From NCBI GenBank assembly GCA_043800705.1, contig JAZDMS010000010.1, positions 32,001-96,000 on the forward strand: 64,000 nt of DNA, written 5' to 3'. The notes under the pieces were generated by a model, which saw only the letters and a program-made list of their open reading frames with translations, was not told the DNA's origin and ran no database searches. Source of the stretch: Candidatus Altiarchaeota archaeon. GTDB lineage: Archaea > Altiarchaeota > Altiarchaeia > IMC4 > SCGC-AAA252-I15. Position numbers and translations under genes: made by a program. This document shows, piece by piece, positions 9,462 to 18,286 of the stretch. The stretch's first letter is position 1; each line of letters starts with the position of its first letter.

Positions 9462-11230
9462 CAGCATCCGCCCGTGGCTGCAACTCCTCCGGTTGAGCCG
9501 CTGAGTGTCTTCTCGCAGCCTGCCCATCCCTGGTTGTACAGGCAGAGGTTGGTCTTGATCGCGTCCGCTGCGATGCCCTGGAACTTGTATTTGTTGTTCG
9601 CAAGCCATGTCGGGCTGCCGGTCACGGAAAGCTGCTCTGTTAAGGCGAAGCTCTCCTTGAGGAGGTTCTTGCCTTCTTCGCCTTCGGCGCATGTCTTGAG
9701 CTTGGCTGCGTCCATTCCGTTGTCTGTCGCGCACTTTTGCCAGTCGCCCTTCATGTCGGCGTTTCTGCACCATATGTAGTCCATATAATCGAAGTTGTTG
9801 GGGTAGTTCTTGATGGCGCATATCTCCCTAAGATCCTCGTCGACTTCCGGCTGTCCGTGGAGGCTGGTAAACGTGCCTTTCGCCTCGTTGTATGTGCCTA
9901 TGAAGTGGATGTCGAATTTCAGGTCATTGAAGGTGGCTATGACCTCCTTCATCGAGTTCAGGGCCTGCAACCCGTACGGGCACTGGCTCATCACGAACAC
10001 GTCGAGTTTCTTCGGTATCTCCTGCCTGCAGCTCATCCTGCCCTTGCACAGGTCCTCGCTGCAGTGTTCGTTCGTGGCGTCGCAGTACGGGTCCCATGTG
10101 GCGCCGATCTTCAGGCTCATGTAGTTCCCCGCCTCAAAGAGGTAGTTCTTTACGTCTGCGTAGCCCGGGTCCTGCGTGACCTTCTTCTCGAAAAGGAACG
10201 CTGGCAGGAGTTTGACCTGTGTGGCGTCATAGAGCGACTTGCCCTCCGGGCTGGAATAGTCCAGGTTCTTTATCTGGACCCCCGGGAACATCGTCTTGAG
10301 CCTGCCTTCGAACATCGTCGTGTCACAGCTCTTGCAGAGCTTGTCGCTCAATACGGTGACCTGGAAATCCAGGGGCTTGGGAATTTTATCGCATGCTTCG
10401 GGCTTGACTGCGAGGACCCCGCATATTGCCCTTATGAAATCCGCCTCCTTTCTGCCGCCGTTATATGCGTTCCCGTTGAGGAACATCGTCGGGCTGCCTC
10501 TTGCGCCCGCACTCGTGGCAGCCTCCAGGGAGGCCTTGAGGAGCTGCTTGCCTTCGTCGCCCGTGGAGCAGGCCGTCATCTTAGCGACGTCCATGCCGCT
10601 GCCTGTTGCGCATGATTCCCATGCGGTGCTTCTGATGTTCTTATCCCTGCATACTACGTAGTCCATCCATTTGTAATCCTGCGGGTAGTATTTCATCGCG
10701 CACAGCTCGCGGATGTTCTCGTCGACTTCCGTCTGGCCGTGTAGGCTCTCGAACTTGCCGTCGCCTGCGTCGTCGGCTATGTAGTTTACTGTGAGGTCTA
10801 TTGAGCCGCCCATCTTCTTCAGCACGGGGGCTATCGCATCCAAGACCTGCACCCCGTATGGGCACTGGCTCATTATGTAGAAATCCAGTTTTGCCTTGTC
10901 GCCGGTCGCGCGCGCCGGTTGGGTCGTGCCCGGTATGCTCGTTGTCGTCGATACCGTTGCATCGTCGCCAAGGTTTGTTAGAAGCAAGTATCCGATGGCG
11001 AGCACTGCGATGACGAGTAAGGCTGCTAACGCCTTTTCAAGGGGGAATGCGTATCCGGCGCCAGCGTCCTTTGCGGCCTTAGCGTGCGTGGGTGCCGCTT
11101 CGACCTTGTGTTTGGCTGGGGTTTTCCTTGGTGCGCGCCTTTTTTTGGCTTCCGCCTTGCGCGTCGTCTTCGCTTTTATCTCGACTACTGGGCTGGGTGT
11201 TCCAATATCTGTATTCTCTTCATCCGCCAT
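9461..11230 (-). CDS. Membrane-anchored, Cys-rich, duplicated thioredoxin-fold (DsbA/GILT-like) protein
   Basis: One N-terminal TM; two repeats each with MSQCPYG, SLHGQxEVDE and GSPT; central CKSC domain. Confidence 0.75.
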   Translation of the reverse strand: MADEENTDIGTPSPVVEIKAKTTRKAEAKKRRAPRKTPAKHKVEAAPTHAKAAKDAGAGYAFPLEKALAALLVIAVLAIGYLLLTNLGDDATVSTTTSIPGTTQPARATGDKAKLDFYIMSQCPYGVQVLDAIAPVLKKMGGSIDLTVNYIADDAGDGKFESLHGQTEVDENIRELCAMKYYPQDYKWMDYVVCRDKNIRSTAWESCATGSGMDVAKMTACSTGDEGKQLLKASLEAATSAGARGSPTMFLNGNAYNGGRKEADFIRAICGVLAVKPEACDKIPKPLDFQVTVLSDKLCKSCDTTMFEGRLKTMFPGVQIKNLDYSSPEGKSLYDATQVKLLPAFLFEKKVTQDPGYADVKNYLFEAGNYMSLKIGATWDPYCDATNEHCSEDLCKGRMSCRQEIPKKLDVFVMSQCPYGLQALNSMKEVIATFNDLKFDIHFIGTYNEAKGTFTSLHGQPEVDEDLREICAIKNYPNNFDYMDYIWCRNADMKGDWQKCATDNGMDAAKLKTCAEGEEGKNLLKESFALTEQLSVTGSPTWLANNKYKFQGIAADAIKTNLCLYNQGWAGCEKTLSGSTGGVAATGGC

Positions 11231-11412
11231 TTTTCAAACCTCGCAAAAATGCAATAATAAAAATCGTGTCATATACTACGAAAATGCGGTATAAAAAGAG
11301 CGCGACATGCGATCCAGGGCTTTAAGGGATGTCCAAGTCAGCAACCGAACCTTTATCCCATTATATTTATTCCCAGTGTATCTATTAATCAAAAACTTCA
11401 AAGGATAAGATA

Positions 11413-13323
11413 ATGATCGGTCCCTTCTATGCGGATTCGCTGGTTTTTCTGGTATTTTTCCCGGTTATAGCGGGTTCGATATTGATGTTTCTACCCACTG
11501 AGAGGGTTCGTAAGTCGTTTGGCTACATCTCCTCGTTGGGCATTCTGCTCATGTCGTTCTATGTGATCTACTCGTCATTCGACGCCCCAGCGACGCACTA
11601 TCTGATAGCCGATAGCCCCCTGAATGAGGCGATGCTAGCGATCGAGGCATTGATCGCACTATATATCATATTCCGGAGCGCCAGATGCGGGAAGGCGCTC
11701 CCCATAGTGTTGGTGCTTTTGCAGTCCGCATGCGTGATATGGTCAGAACTCGGGTACCCCGCCGCCCAAGCCTCAGGGAACAGTCTCTTCCTGGACAGCC
11801 TGTCCGTCATCATGGTTTCAATAATCGGGATCATAGGAAGCCTGATATGCGTCTATTCGTTCGGCTACATGGGCAATTACCACGCCCGAAACCGTGAGCT
11901 GAAGGATCGCAGAGGCGTATTCTACTACGTTATGTTTGCGTTCCTTTCGGCGATGTTTGGGCTGGTCCTTTCCGACAGCCTCAAATGGGTCTACTTCTTC
12001 TGGGAGGTTACGACCCTATGCTCCTTCATACTAATCGGATACACCAGAACCAATGATTCCATAAAAAACTCGTTCAATGCACTGACAATGAACCTGCTGG
12101 GGGGCATAGCATTCGCATTCGCGATCCTATACCTGAGTTCACTGGCGGAGCCGAACCTCACGATCGACGGCATCCTCCGGGCGAACAAGGCAATAGTCCT
12201 CGTTCCAGTAGTCCTCGTGGGTTTCGCAGCCCTCACGAAATCCGCCCAGCTGCCATTCTCATCCTGGCTTGTCGGGGCCATGGTCGCACCCACTCCCGTA
12301 TCCGCCCTCCTGCACTCCAGTACGATGGTCAAGGCGGGCGTCTACCTCCTCGTCAGGTTCGCACCCGTGTTCGAAGGAACGGTATCGGGGACCATGCTCT
12401 CCCTGCTGGGGGGCGTCACGTTCCTCGTAACCTCCATGATCTCGGTATCCCAGAAAAATGCGAAAAAGGTCCTGGCATACTCCACCATCGCAAACCTCGG
12501 ACTCATCGTCGCCTGCGCTGGGGTCGGCACATATGAGGCCGTATGGGCCGCCGTCCTTCTGATAATATTCCATGCACTGGCGAAGTCCCTCATGTTCCTG
12601 GCGGTCGGGACCGTGGAGCAGAAGATAAGCAGCAAGGACATAGAGGACATGGAGGGCCTCATCATCCGGATGCCGAAGATATCCGTGATGATGATAATCG
12701 GGATCGCCGGGATGTTCCTCGCGCCTTTCGGGATGCTGATCAGCAAATGGGCGACGCTGAAGGCATTCATCGACTCGAACCCGGTCCTGGTCGGCATCGT
12801 CGCGTTCGGCAGCGGCGTCACGGTCTTCTTCTGGTCAAAGTGGCTCGGCAAGATAATCGTCGTCAACAGGGCATACAAGCAGGTCGAAGGCAGTATCAGC
12901 GCCGAGGAATGGACTGCCCTCTACAGTCTCATGATGCTGACCATCGGCATATGCGTCCTCTTCCCGCTGGTGTCTCAGCATTTCGTCGAACCTTATGTCT
13001 ATCAGGTCTACGGCAGGACCACGCACCTCAGCCAGGACAACCTAATGATCATGCTTTTCATGCTCGCTGTGATACTCCTGACTCCATTCTGCCTCCTGTA
13101 CTACAAAGGCGAAAGGAGGCATATCTCCCCGTACATGGGCGGCAGGACCGTGGCGGATTCGAAATTCCTCGGCACCTTCGGCATCCGGCGGGAGATGTCC
13201 CTGAAGAACTACTACCTGGAGTCGGTCTTTGGCGAGGCGAAACTCATGAAACTCGCCCTTCCACTGTGCATCATGCTCATCGCGGCAATGCTTATCTTCA
13301 GCATGACGGGAGTGGCGCTATGA
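11413..13323 (+). CDS. echA: Ech hydrogenase subunit A (NuoL-like antiporter subunit)
   Basis: FFWE, TKSAQLPF, AMVAPTPVSALLHSSTMVKAGVY, LAYSTIANLG. Confidence 0.9.
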   Translation: MIGPFYADSLVFLVFFPVIAGSILMFLPTERVRKSFGYISSLGILLMSFYVIYSSFDAPATHYLIADSPLNEAMLAIEALIALYIIFRSARCGKALPIVLVLLQSACVIWSELGYPAAQASGNSLFLDSLSVIMVSIIGIIGSLICVYSFGYMGNYHARNRELKDRRGVFYYVMFAFLSAMFGLVLSDSLKWVYFFWEVTTLCSFILIGYTRTNDSIKNSFNALTMNLLGGIAFAFAILYLSSLAEPNLTIDGILRANKAIVLVPVVLVGFAALTKSAQLPFSSWLVGAMVAPTPVSALLHSSTMVKAGVYLLVRFAPVFEGTVSGTMLSLLGGVTFLVTSMISVSQKNAKKVLAYSTIANLGLIVACAGVGTYEAVWAAVLLIIFHALAKSLMFLAVGTVEQKISSKDIEDMEGLIIRMPKISVMMIIGIAGMFLAPFGMLISKWATLKAFIDSNPVLVGIVAFGSGVTVFFWSKWLGKIIVVNRAYKQVEGSISAEEWTALYSLMMLTIGICVLFPLVSQHFVEPYVYQVYGRTTHLSQDNLMIMLFMLAVILLTPFCLLYYKGERRHISPYMGGRTVADSKFLGTFGIRREMSLKNYYLESVFGEAKLMKLALPLCIMLIAAMLIFSMTGVAL

Positions 13324-14180
13324 ACATCCTCTACGGCATCCTATACCTCGTGGCGGCACCCCTAATGGGGGGCCTCGTCGTCGGAGCTGACAGGATCATC
13401 ACCGCCAGGATGCAAGGGAGGGTCGGCCCGCCGCTTCTGCAGCCTTTCTACGACGTGCTTAAGCTTATGGAGAAGGAGAAGGTCGTCGTCACCAGGGCGC
13501 AGAACCTGTTCATATTCGCTTATATCGTGTTCATGGCGCTGACAGGCGCACTCTTCTTCGCCGGAGGCGACTTCCTCCTCGTGATCTTCGCCATGACCCT
13601 CGCGCACATATTCATCGTCCTCGGCGCATACTCCGCCAACTCCCCCTATAGCTTCATCGGCGCGGAAAGGGAGCTGATACAGATAATGGCGTTCGAGCCC
13701 ATGATAATACTCGTCGCGACCGGCATGTATCTGGTCGCCAAGAGCTTCTACATCAGCGACCTCGTAAGGACTGATGCGCCTCTCATAGCATACCTTCCGG
13801 GGCTGTTCCTGGGCTTCGTATATGTCCTCAACATCAAGCTTAGGAAGTCCCCCTTCGACCTTTCCTCCTCCCATCATGCGCACCAGGAGATCGTCAAAGG
13901 CATAACCACCGAATTCTCCGGGTCGAGCCTCGGGCGGATCGAGATAGCCCACTGGTACGAGACAATCCTGCTTATGGGCTTCATATACCTGTTCTTCGGA
14001 TTCAACCCTGTCATCGCGATCTTCGCGGTGATGCTGGTCTACCTCATCGAGCTTCTGGTCGACAACTCATTCCCCAGATACAAATGGGAACTTGCATTCC
14101 AGAACTCCTGGGCAGCCGCATTCTTCCTGGGCATGGGCAACATAATAATGCTATGGTACTACCTCCGGGGTGGTATGTGA
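13320..14180 (+). CDS. echB: Ech hydrogenase subunit B (NuoH-like)
   Basis: DRIITARMQGRVGPP, KSPFD, GITTEFSG; ATGA overlap with echA. Confidence 0.9.
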   Translation: MNILYGILYLVAAPLMGGLVVGADRIITARMQGRVGPPLLQPFYDVLKLMEKEKVVVTRAQNLFIFAYIVFMALTGALFFAGGDFLLVIFAMTLAHIFIVLGAYSANSPYSFIGAERELIQIMAFEPMIILVATGMYLVAKSFYISDLVRTDAPLIAYLPGLFLGFVYVLNIKLRKSPFDLSSSHHAHQEIVKGITTEFSGSSLGRIEIAHWYETILLMGFIYLFFGFNPVIAIFAVMLVYLIELLVDNSFPRYKWELAFQNSWAAAFFLGMGNIIMLWYYLRGGM

Positions 14181-14623
14181 TGACGTTCCTCAGAAAGTCC
14201 CCGTGGATAATCCACTACAACGCGACCAGCTGCAACGGCTGCGACATAGAGGTTATCGCCTCCTTCGGCCCCACATACGACCTGGAGAGGTTCGGGATAG
14301 TGAACACCGGCAACCCGAAGCACGCGGACATCCTCATCATAACCGGCTCCGTGAACGAGCAGAGCGTCGAAGTCGTAAAAAACCTGTACTCCCAGATGCC
14401 TGAGCCTAAGGTCGTCGTCGCAGTCGGCATATGCGCCACCTCCGGAGGCGTGTTCAGGGAATGCTACAACGTAATGGGCGGCATCGACAAGGTCCTGCCT
14501 GTCGACGTGTACGTGCCGGGATGCGCCGCAAGGCCGGAATCGATAATAGACGGCATCTTGAAGTCCCTGGAAATACTCGAGGGAAAAAAACGCAAGATCC
14601 AGGAAAAGAGGATGAAAAAATGA
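14180..14623 (+). CDS. echC: Ech hydrogenase small subunit C
   Basis: SCNGCDIE, NPKHAD, GICA, VPGCAARPE. Confidence 0.93.
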   Translation: MTFLRKSPWIIHYNATSCNGCDIEVIASFGPTYDLERFGIVNTGNPKHADILIITGSVNEQSVEVVKNLYSQMPEPKVVVAVGICATSGGVFRECYNVMGGIDKVLPVDVYVPGCAARPESIIDGILKSLEILEGKKRKIQEKRMKK

Positions 14624-14979
14624 CGTACGAGAACCAGCCCGTAAGGGCCATCGAAGACAACCAGCTACTGGCGTCCGTCGAAGAGCACAAACGGCTCGGA
14701 TACCGGCTCGTCCAGATATCATGCACAGCCCTCGACCCCGACAGGTTAGAAGTCACCTACTCATTCGACAAGGACCTCAGCTTCGAGAACCTGCGCGTCA
14801 CGGCCTCCAAGGGTACGATCCTCCCGAGCATAAGCGGCATATTCAAAGGCTCATTCCTCTACGAGAACGAGATAAAGGAGCTATTCGGGCTCGGATTCAA
14901 GGATATCAGCGTCGACTACAACGGGACCCTGTACAAGAAGCGGAAGGAAACGCCGTTCGCCATCGAGGAGAAAAAATAA
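14620..14979 (+). CDS. echD: Ech hydrogenase subunit D (NuoC-like)
   Basis: LPSISGIF, LYENEIKELFG; position in operon. Confidence 0.85.
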   Translation: MTYENQPVRAIEDNQLLASVEEHKRLGYRLVQISCTALDPDRLEVTYSFDKDLSFENLRVTASKGTILPSISGIFKGSFLYENEIKELFGLGFKDISVDYNGTLYKKRKETPFAIEEKK

Positions 14980-14980
14980 A

Positions 14981-16060
14981 ATGCCAAAAAAGACCGTAAT
15001 ACCGTTCGGGCCACAGCACCCCATACTCCCCGAACCCATACACCTGGACCTCGTAATGGACGACGAAAAGGTGATAGACGCGCTACCGTCGATAGGATAC
15101 ATACACCGCGGCCTAGAGAAGCTCGTCGAAAAGAGGGAATACCAGGAATACGTCTATGTGGTCGAGAGGACTTGCGGCATATGCAGCTACATCCACGGAC
15201 TCTCATACTGCCAGGCCGTAGAGGGGATAATGAACGTGGAAGTCCCCGAACGCGCCCTATTCCTCAGAACCATCGGCTCGGAGTATTCGAGGATGCACAG
15301 CCACCTCTTGATACTCGGCTGCATCGCCGACGCGATGGGCTTCGAGAACCTCTTCATGGGCTTCCTCAAGGCAAGGGAACGCGTCCTGGACCGGATGGAG
15401 GAAAGCCTCGGCGGAAGGGTCATACAGGGCACGTGCAAGATAGGGGGCGTCAGACGGGACATCGACGGGGAAACCCTAGACCGGATGGCCGAAGAGCTGC
15501 AGGAAACAGAGCTGGAGATAAAGGAGCTCACAAAAGTCCTCCTAAAAGACGACGCAGTGAAGCACAGGATGAGGGCGGTGGGGCCATTGAGCAAGGAAGA
15601 CGCATACCTGCTAGGAGCGGTCGGCCCCGTGGGTAAGGGAAGCGGCCTGAAGATCGACATGCGGCAGCGCGGATACGCGGCCTATGGGCGGATAAGGTTC
15701 GAGCCGATCACGGAATCCCAAGGCGACTGCTACGCCCGGAACTCCGTCCGCGCCAGGGAGATAATCCAGTCCGCGGACATAATCAGGCAGTGCATCAAGA
15801 AGATCCCCGACGGCCCGATAGAGGCAAAGGTTGCGGGGAACCCGGACGGGGAGCACTTCTCCAGAGTCGAGCAGCCCAGGGGCGAAGCCATACACTACGC
15901 CAAAGGAAACGGCACGAAATTCCTCCAGCGGTTTCGTATCAGGACCCCCACCTTCGCCAACGTCCCACCGCTCGTGCACATGCTCAAGGGCGCAGACCTC
16001 GCGGACGTGCCGGTGATAATACTATCCATCGACCCGTGCATCAGCTGCACTGAGAGGTAA
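14981..16060 (+). CDS. echE: Ech hydrogenase large ([NiFe]) subunit E
   Basis: GPQHP, HRGLEK, L1 ERTCGIC and L2 DPCISCTER with all four Ni-binding cysteines. Confidence 0.95.
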   Translation: MPKKTVIPFGPQHPILPEPIHLDLVMDDEKVIDALPSIGYIHRGLEKLVEKREYQEYVYVVERTCGICSYIHGLSYCQAVEGIMNVEVPERALFLRTIGSEYSRMHSHLLILGCIADAMGFENLFMGFLKARERVLDRMEESLGGRVIQGTCKIGGVRRDIDGETLDRMAEELQETELEIKELTKVLLKDDAVKHRMRAVGPLSKEDAYLLGAVGPVGKGSGLKIDMRQRGYAAYGRIRFEPITESQGDCYARNSVRAREIIQSADIIRQCIKKIPDGPIEAKVAGNPDGEHFSRVEQPRGEAIHYAKGNGTKFLQRFRIRTPTFANVPPLVHMLKGADLADVPVIILSIDPCISCTER

Positions 16061-16064
16061 GACG

Positions 16065-16451
16065 ATGACACACATGCAAATGGCGAAAAACACGATAAAG
16101 GCCCTATTCAGCAGGCCCTCAACCCTCATGTACCCGAAAAAGCCGGCGAAGAAGAAGGATATAACGCGGGGCCGCCTCGAAAACGACATCGCTAAATGCG
16201 TATTCTGCGGCATGTGCCAGAGGATATGCCCCGCCGACGCCATAACCGTAGAGCGGCCGAACAAGTCATGGGAAGTGGACCGCTACCGCTGCGTCGTATG
16301 CGGCGCATGCGTCGGAGTCTGCCCCGTAAAATCCCTGCGGATGGACACGGACTACACGAAACCCTCATCGACCAAGGAATTGAAAGACAGGCTCCACTAC
16401 GAACCCCCCCAAAAAACCGCAGACATCGGCGGAAAAAACAACCCGGCATAA
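16065..16451 (+). CDS. echF: Ech hydrogenase subunit F, 2x[4Fe-4S]
   Basis: CVFCGMCQRICP and CVVCGACVGVCP. Confidence 0.9.
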   Translation: MTHMQMAKNTIKALFSRPSTLMYPKKPAKKKDITRGRLENDIAKCVFCGMCQRICPADAITVERPNKSWEVDRYRCVVCGACVGVCPVKSLRMDTDYTKPSSTKELKDRLHYEPPQKTADIGGKNNPA

Positions 16452-16478
16452 ATGCAGCCAAAATGAATCGCAACCCCC

Positions 16479-17627
16479 CTAACAATGCTTTGCGTCGGCA
16501 TCTGCCAAGTACCCCCTCGACGCCATATACCACAGGACGATGATCAAGGGTAAGGCATACTTCTCCCATATGATGAACGAGAAAGCCACGACCAGACAGT
16601 TGAAACAGACCATGAGCGATGGAAGGCCGAGCCGCTGAAACCTTAGGACGGCCAAGGCAGCCAACATGTAATATGCCGCGATGCGCAGAGGCTCTCCAGC
16701 GAAGCCAGCCAAGAACGTATCGAATATCCCCATCGTCTTGATGGGATAAACCCCCGGGTTCCCGTAAGGGGGGAATGACACGAACAACGCAAAGAGCACA
16801 ACCATAACCGGCACCACAGACTTGCGAGGGCGTCTCAACCACCCGAAGCCGAACAACAATGACTCTACCAAGACATAATACAACCCGACCATCGAAAGAA
16901 GGAAAAGGCTGTATTCCGGATGCAACCCCAACATGGACGGCTTCGGAGAAAGGCCCGGAGGCCCGAATCCGCCGAAGAGAAGATACCACCCTAAAAGGGA
17001 CATCGAAGCCATCACATGGGGTGCGGCAGAAGCCAACCGCCTCCTGGAACCTGAAAACAACTCCCATGCCGCGATGGCAGCGGGGAAGCAGACCATGAAC
17101 TGCCTTGACGAGACCGCCAGGACGAAGAATAACCCGCTGACCCATCCCTTACCCCGCTCGTAAGCCAGGAACCCGCACAGCACAAAGAACGACGCCACCA
17201 TGTCCGTGTATGCGTAGGCGGAAGCCAGCCAGAAATACGGGAACAAGAACAGGCCCACCAAAGGCCGGAACCTGCATCCCCTGGCCACGATACAGGCAAC
17301 CGCGAAGGAGACGAGGAAATTGGTCGCCCTGGCGCCGGAGACACCGAACCCGAAGGTCCGCTCAAGAAGGGAAAACAGATAAAACACCAGCGGCGTAGGA
17401 TAGACCCCAGACACCTTCCCGGAATATCCGCGAAGCGCCTCGATATCCGGCATGACCCCCCCTGAAGAGAAAGCCAAAACGGACGGCCAGAAGAACCGCT
17501 CATCGTTTCGCGCATCGAACATTAGCGCCGGCGCGAGGAGGAACGCAATAAGATAAACGGCCATGACGGCGAACAGGCATCCGTTCTTACAGGAAACCCC
17601 CCCCAATACCCGCATAATCCCCTCCAT
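16479..17627 (-). CDS. Polytopic membrane protein, probable GT-C glycosyltransferase
   Basis: Many TM helices; DE after the first TM, YTD and RQ motifs. Confidence 0.55.
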   Translation of the reverse strand: MEGIMRVLGGVSCKNGCLFAVMAVYLIAFLLAPALMFDARNDERFFWPSVLAFSSGGVMPDIEALRGYSGKVSGVYPTPLVFYLFSLLERTFGFGVSGARATNFLVSFAVACIVARGCRFRPLVGLFLFPYFWLASAYAYTDMVASFFVLCGFLAYERGKGWVSGLFFVLAVSSRQFMVCFPAAIAAWELFSGSRRRLASAAPHVMASMSLLGWYLLFGGFGPPGLSPKPSMLGLHPEYSLFLLSMVGLYYVLVESLLFGFGWLRRPRKSVVPVMVVLFALFVSFPPYGNPGVYPIKTMGIFDTFLAGFAGEPLRIAAYYMLAALAVLRFQRLGLPSLMVCFNCLVVAFSFIIWEKYALPLIIVLWYMASRGYLADADAKHC

Positions 17628-17690
17628 AACGCATCAGTTTCACATAACCATTGCCGCTAGAATTATTTATATCCCGCCAAAAATCGGAAG

Positions 17691-17800
17691 TCTTCTGTCT
17701 ACTGTTTCCAGTCTTCTGTCTTTGGTTTCCGCTCTTCGGTCTACCGTCTTCAGTTTCCGGTCTTCGGTCTAGTTGAAACTCAGGACAGAGGACTGTGGAC
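17691..17800. repeat. Intergenic heptamer array (TYTNCNG-like x11, then a short inverted arm)
   Basis: TCTTCTG TCTACTG TTTCCAG TCTTCTG TCTTTGG TTTCCGC TCTTCGG TCTACCG TCTTCAG TTTCCGG TCTTCGG, then CTCAGGA CAGAGGA CTGTGGA. Confidence 0.85.
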
Positions 17801-17811
17801 TTGATAATAAT

Positions 17812-17990
17812 AATGGGCCCGCCCGGATTCTTGAAAAAGCCTTCGGCTTTTTACATCCAGGCGGGTGCGTGAGACGAGACGCCAGTGGGAAGATAAGAAA
17901 TGGGCCCGCCCGGATTTTTCCAAAAAAGCGCCTCGCGCTTTTTACATCCGTGCGGGTTCGCGAGACGAATTCGCTTCGGAAAGATACTAA
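17812..17990 (-). repeat. Two 87-90 bp tandem units, each ending in a copy of the tRNA-Val 3' end
   Basis: TGGGCCCGCCCGGATT (each preceded by AA) at 17814, 17901 and 17991; units share the AAAAAGC..GCTTTTT hairpin, ACATCC, GCGGGT and GAGACGA. Confidence 0.9.
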
Positions 17991-18065
17991 TGGGCCCGCC
18001 CGGATTTGAACCGGGGACCTCCGCCATGTCAAGGCGACGTCATAGCCGGACTAGACCACGAGCCC
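17991..18065 (-). tRNA. tRNA-Val(GAC), CCA not encoded
   Basis: GGGCTCG TGGTCTAGTCCGGCTATGAC, anticodon arm TCGCC-TTGACAT-GGCGG, GGTTCAAATCC, CGGGCCCA. Confidence 0.95.
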
Positions 18066-18286
18066 TTTTTTTTGTTGGTTGTTTGTTGTTCTTTTTCCAG
18101 AGGGGCTGGAGCGGAGCGGAATGCCCTCCTTCGCCAGCCTTAGTAAGGCTGCCATGAGGCCTTTTTGTGGGTATTAATAAGTGCTTCAGGGTTTATTAGC
18201 GTTAGTTTTTGTTTGTAGCGTGCGTTGTTTTTATCATCAACAACATATTCGCATCGGATTTAAGGCTGTGATTCGCAGAATTATCC

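Noticed and set aside
17812-18007. attL/attR of a provirus or island at tRNA-Val; CRISPR-like mini array
   Set aside because: Copies are only ~90 bp apart with homologous spacers; no integrase and no distant copy seen
18095-18162. HDV-like (theta) ribozyme near the tRNA
   Set aside because: A hairpin followed by GCGAA is suggestive, but P1, P2 and P3 partners cannot be built, and the segment lies 5' rather than 3' of the tRNA
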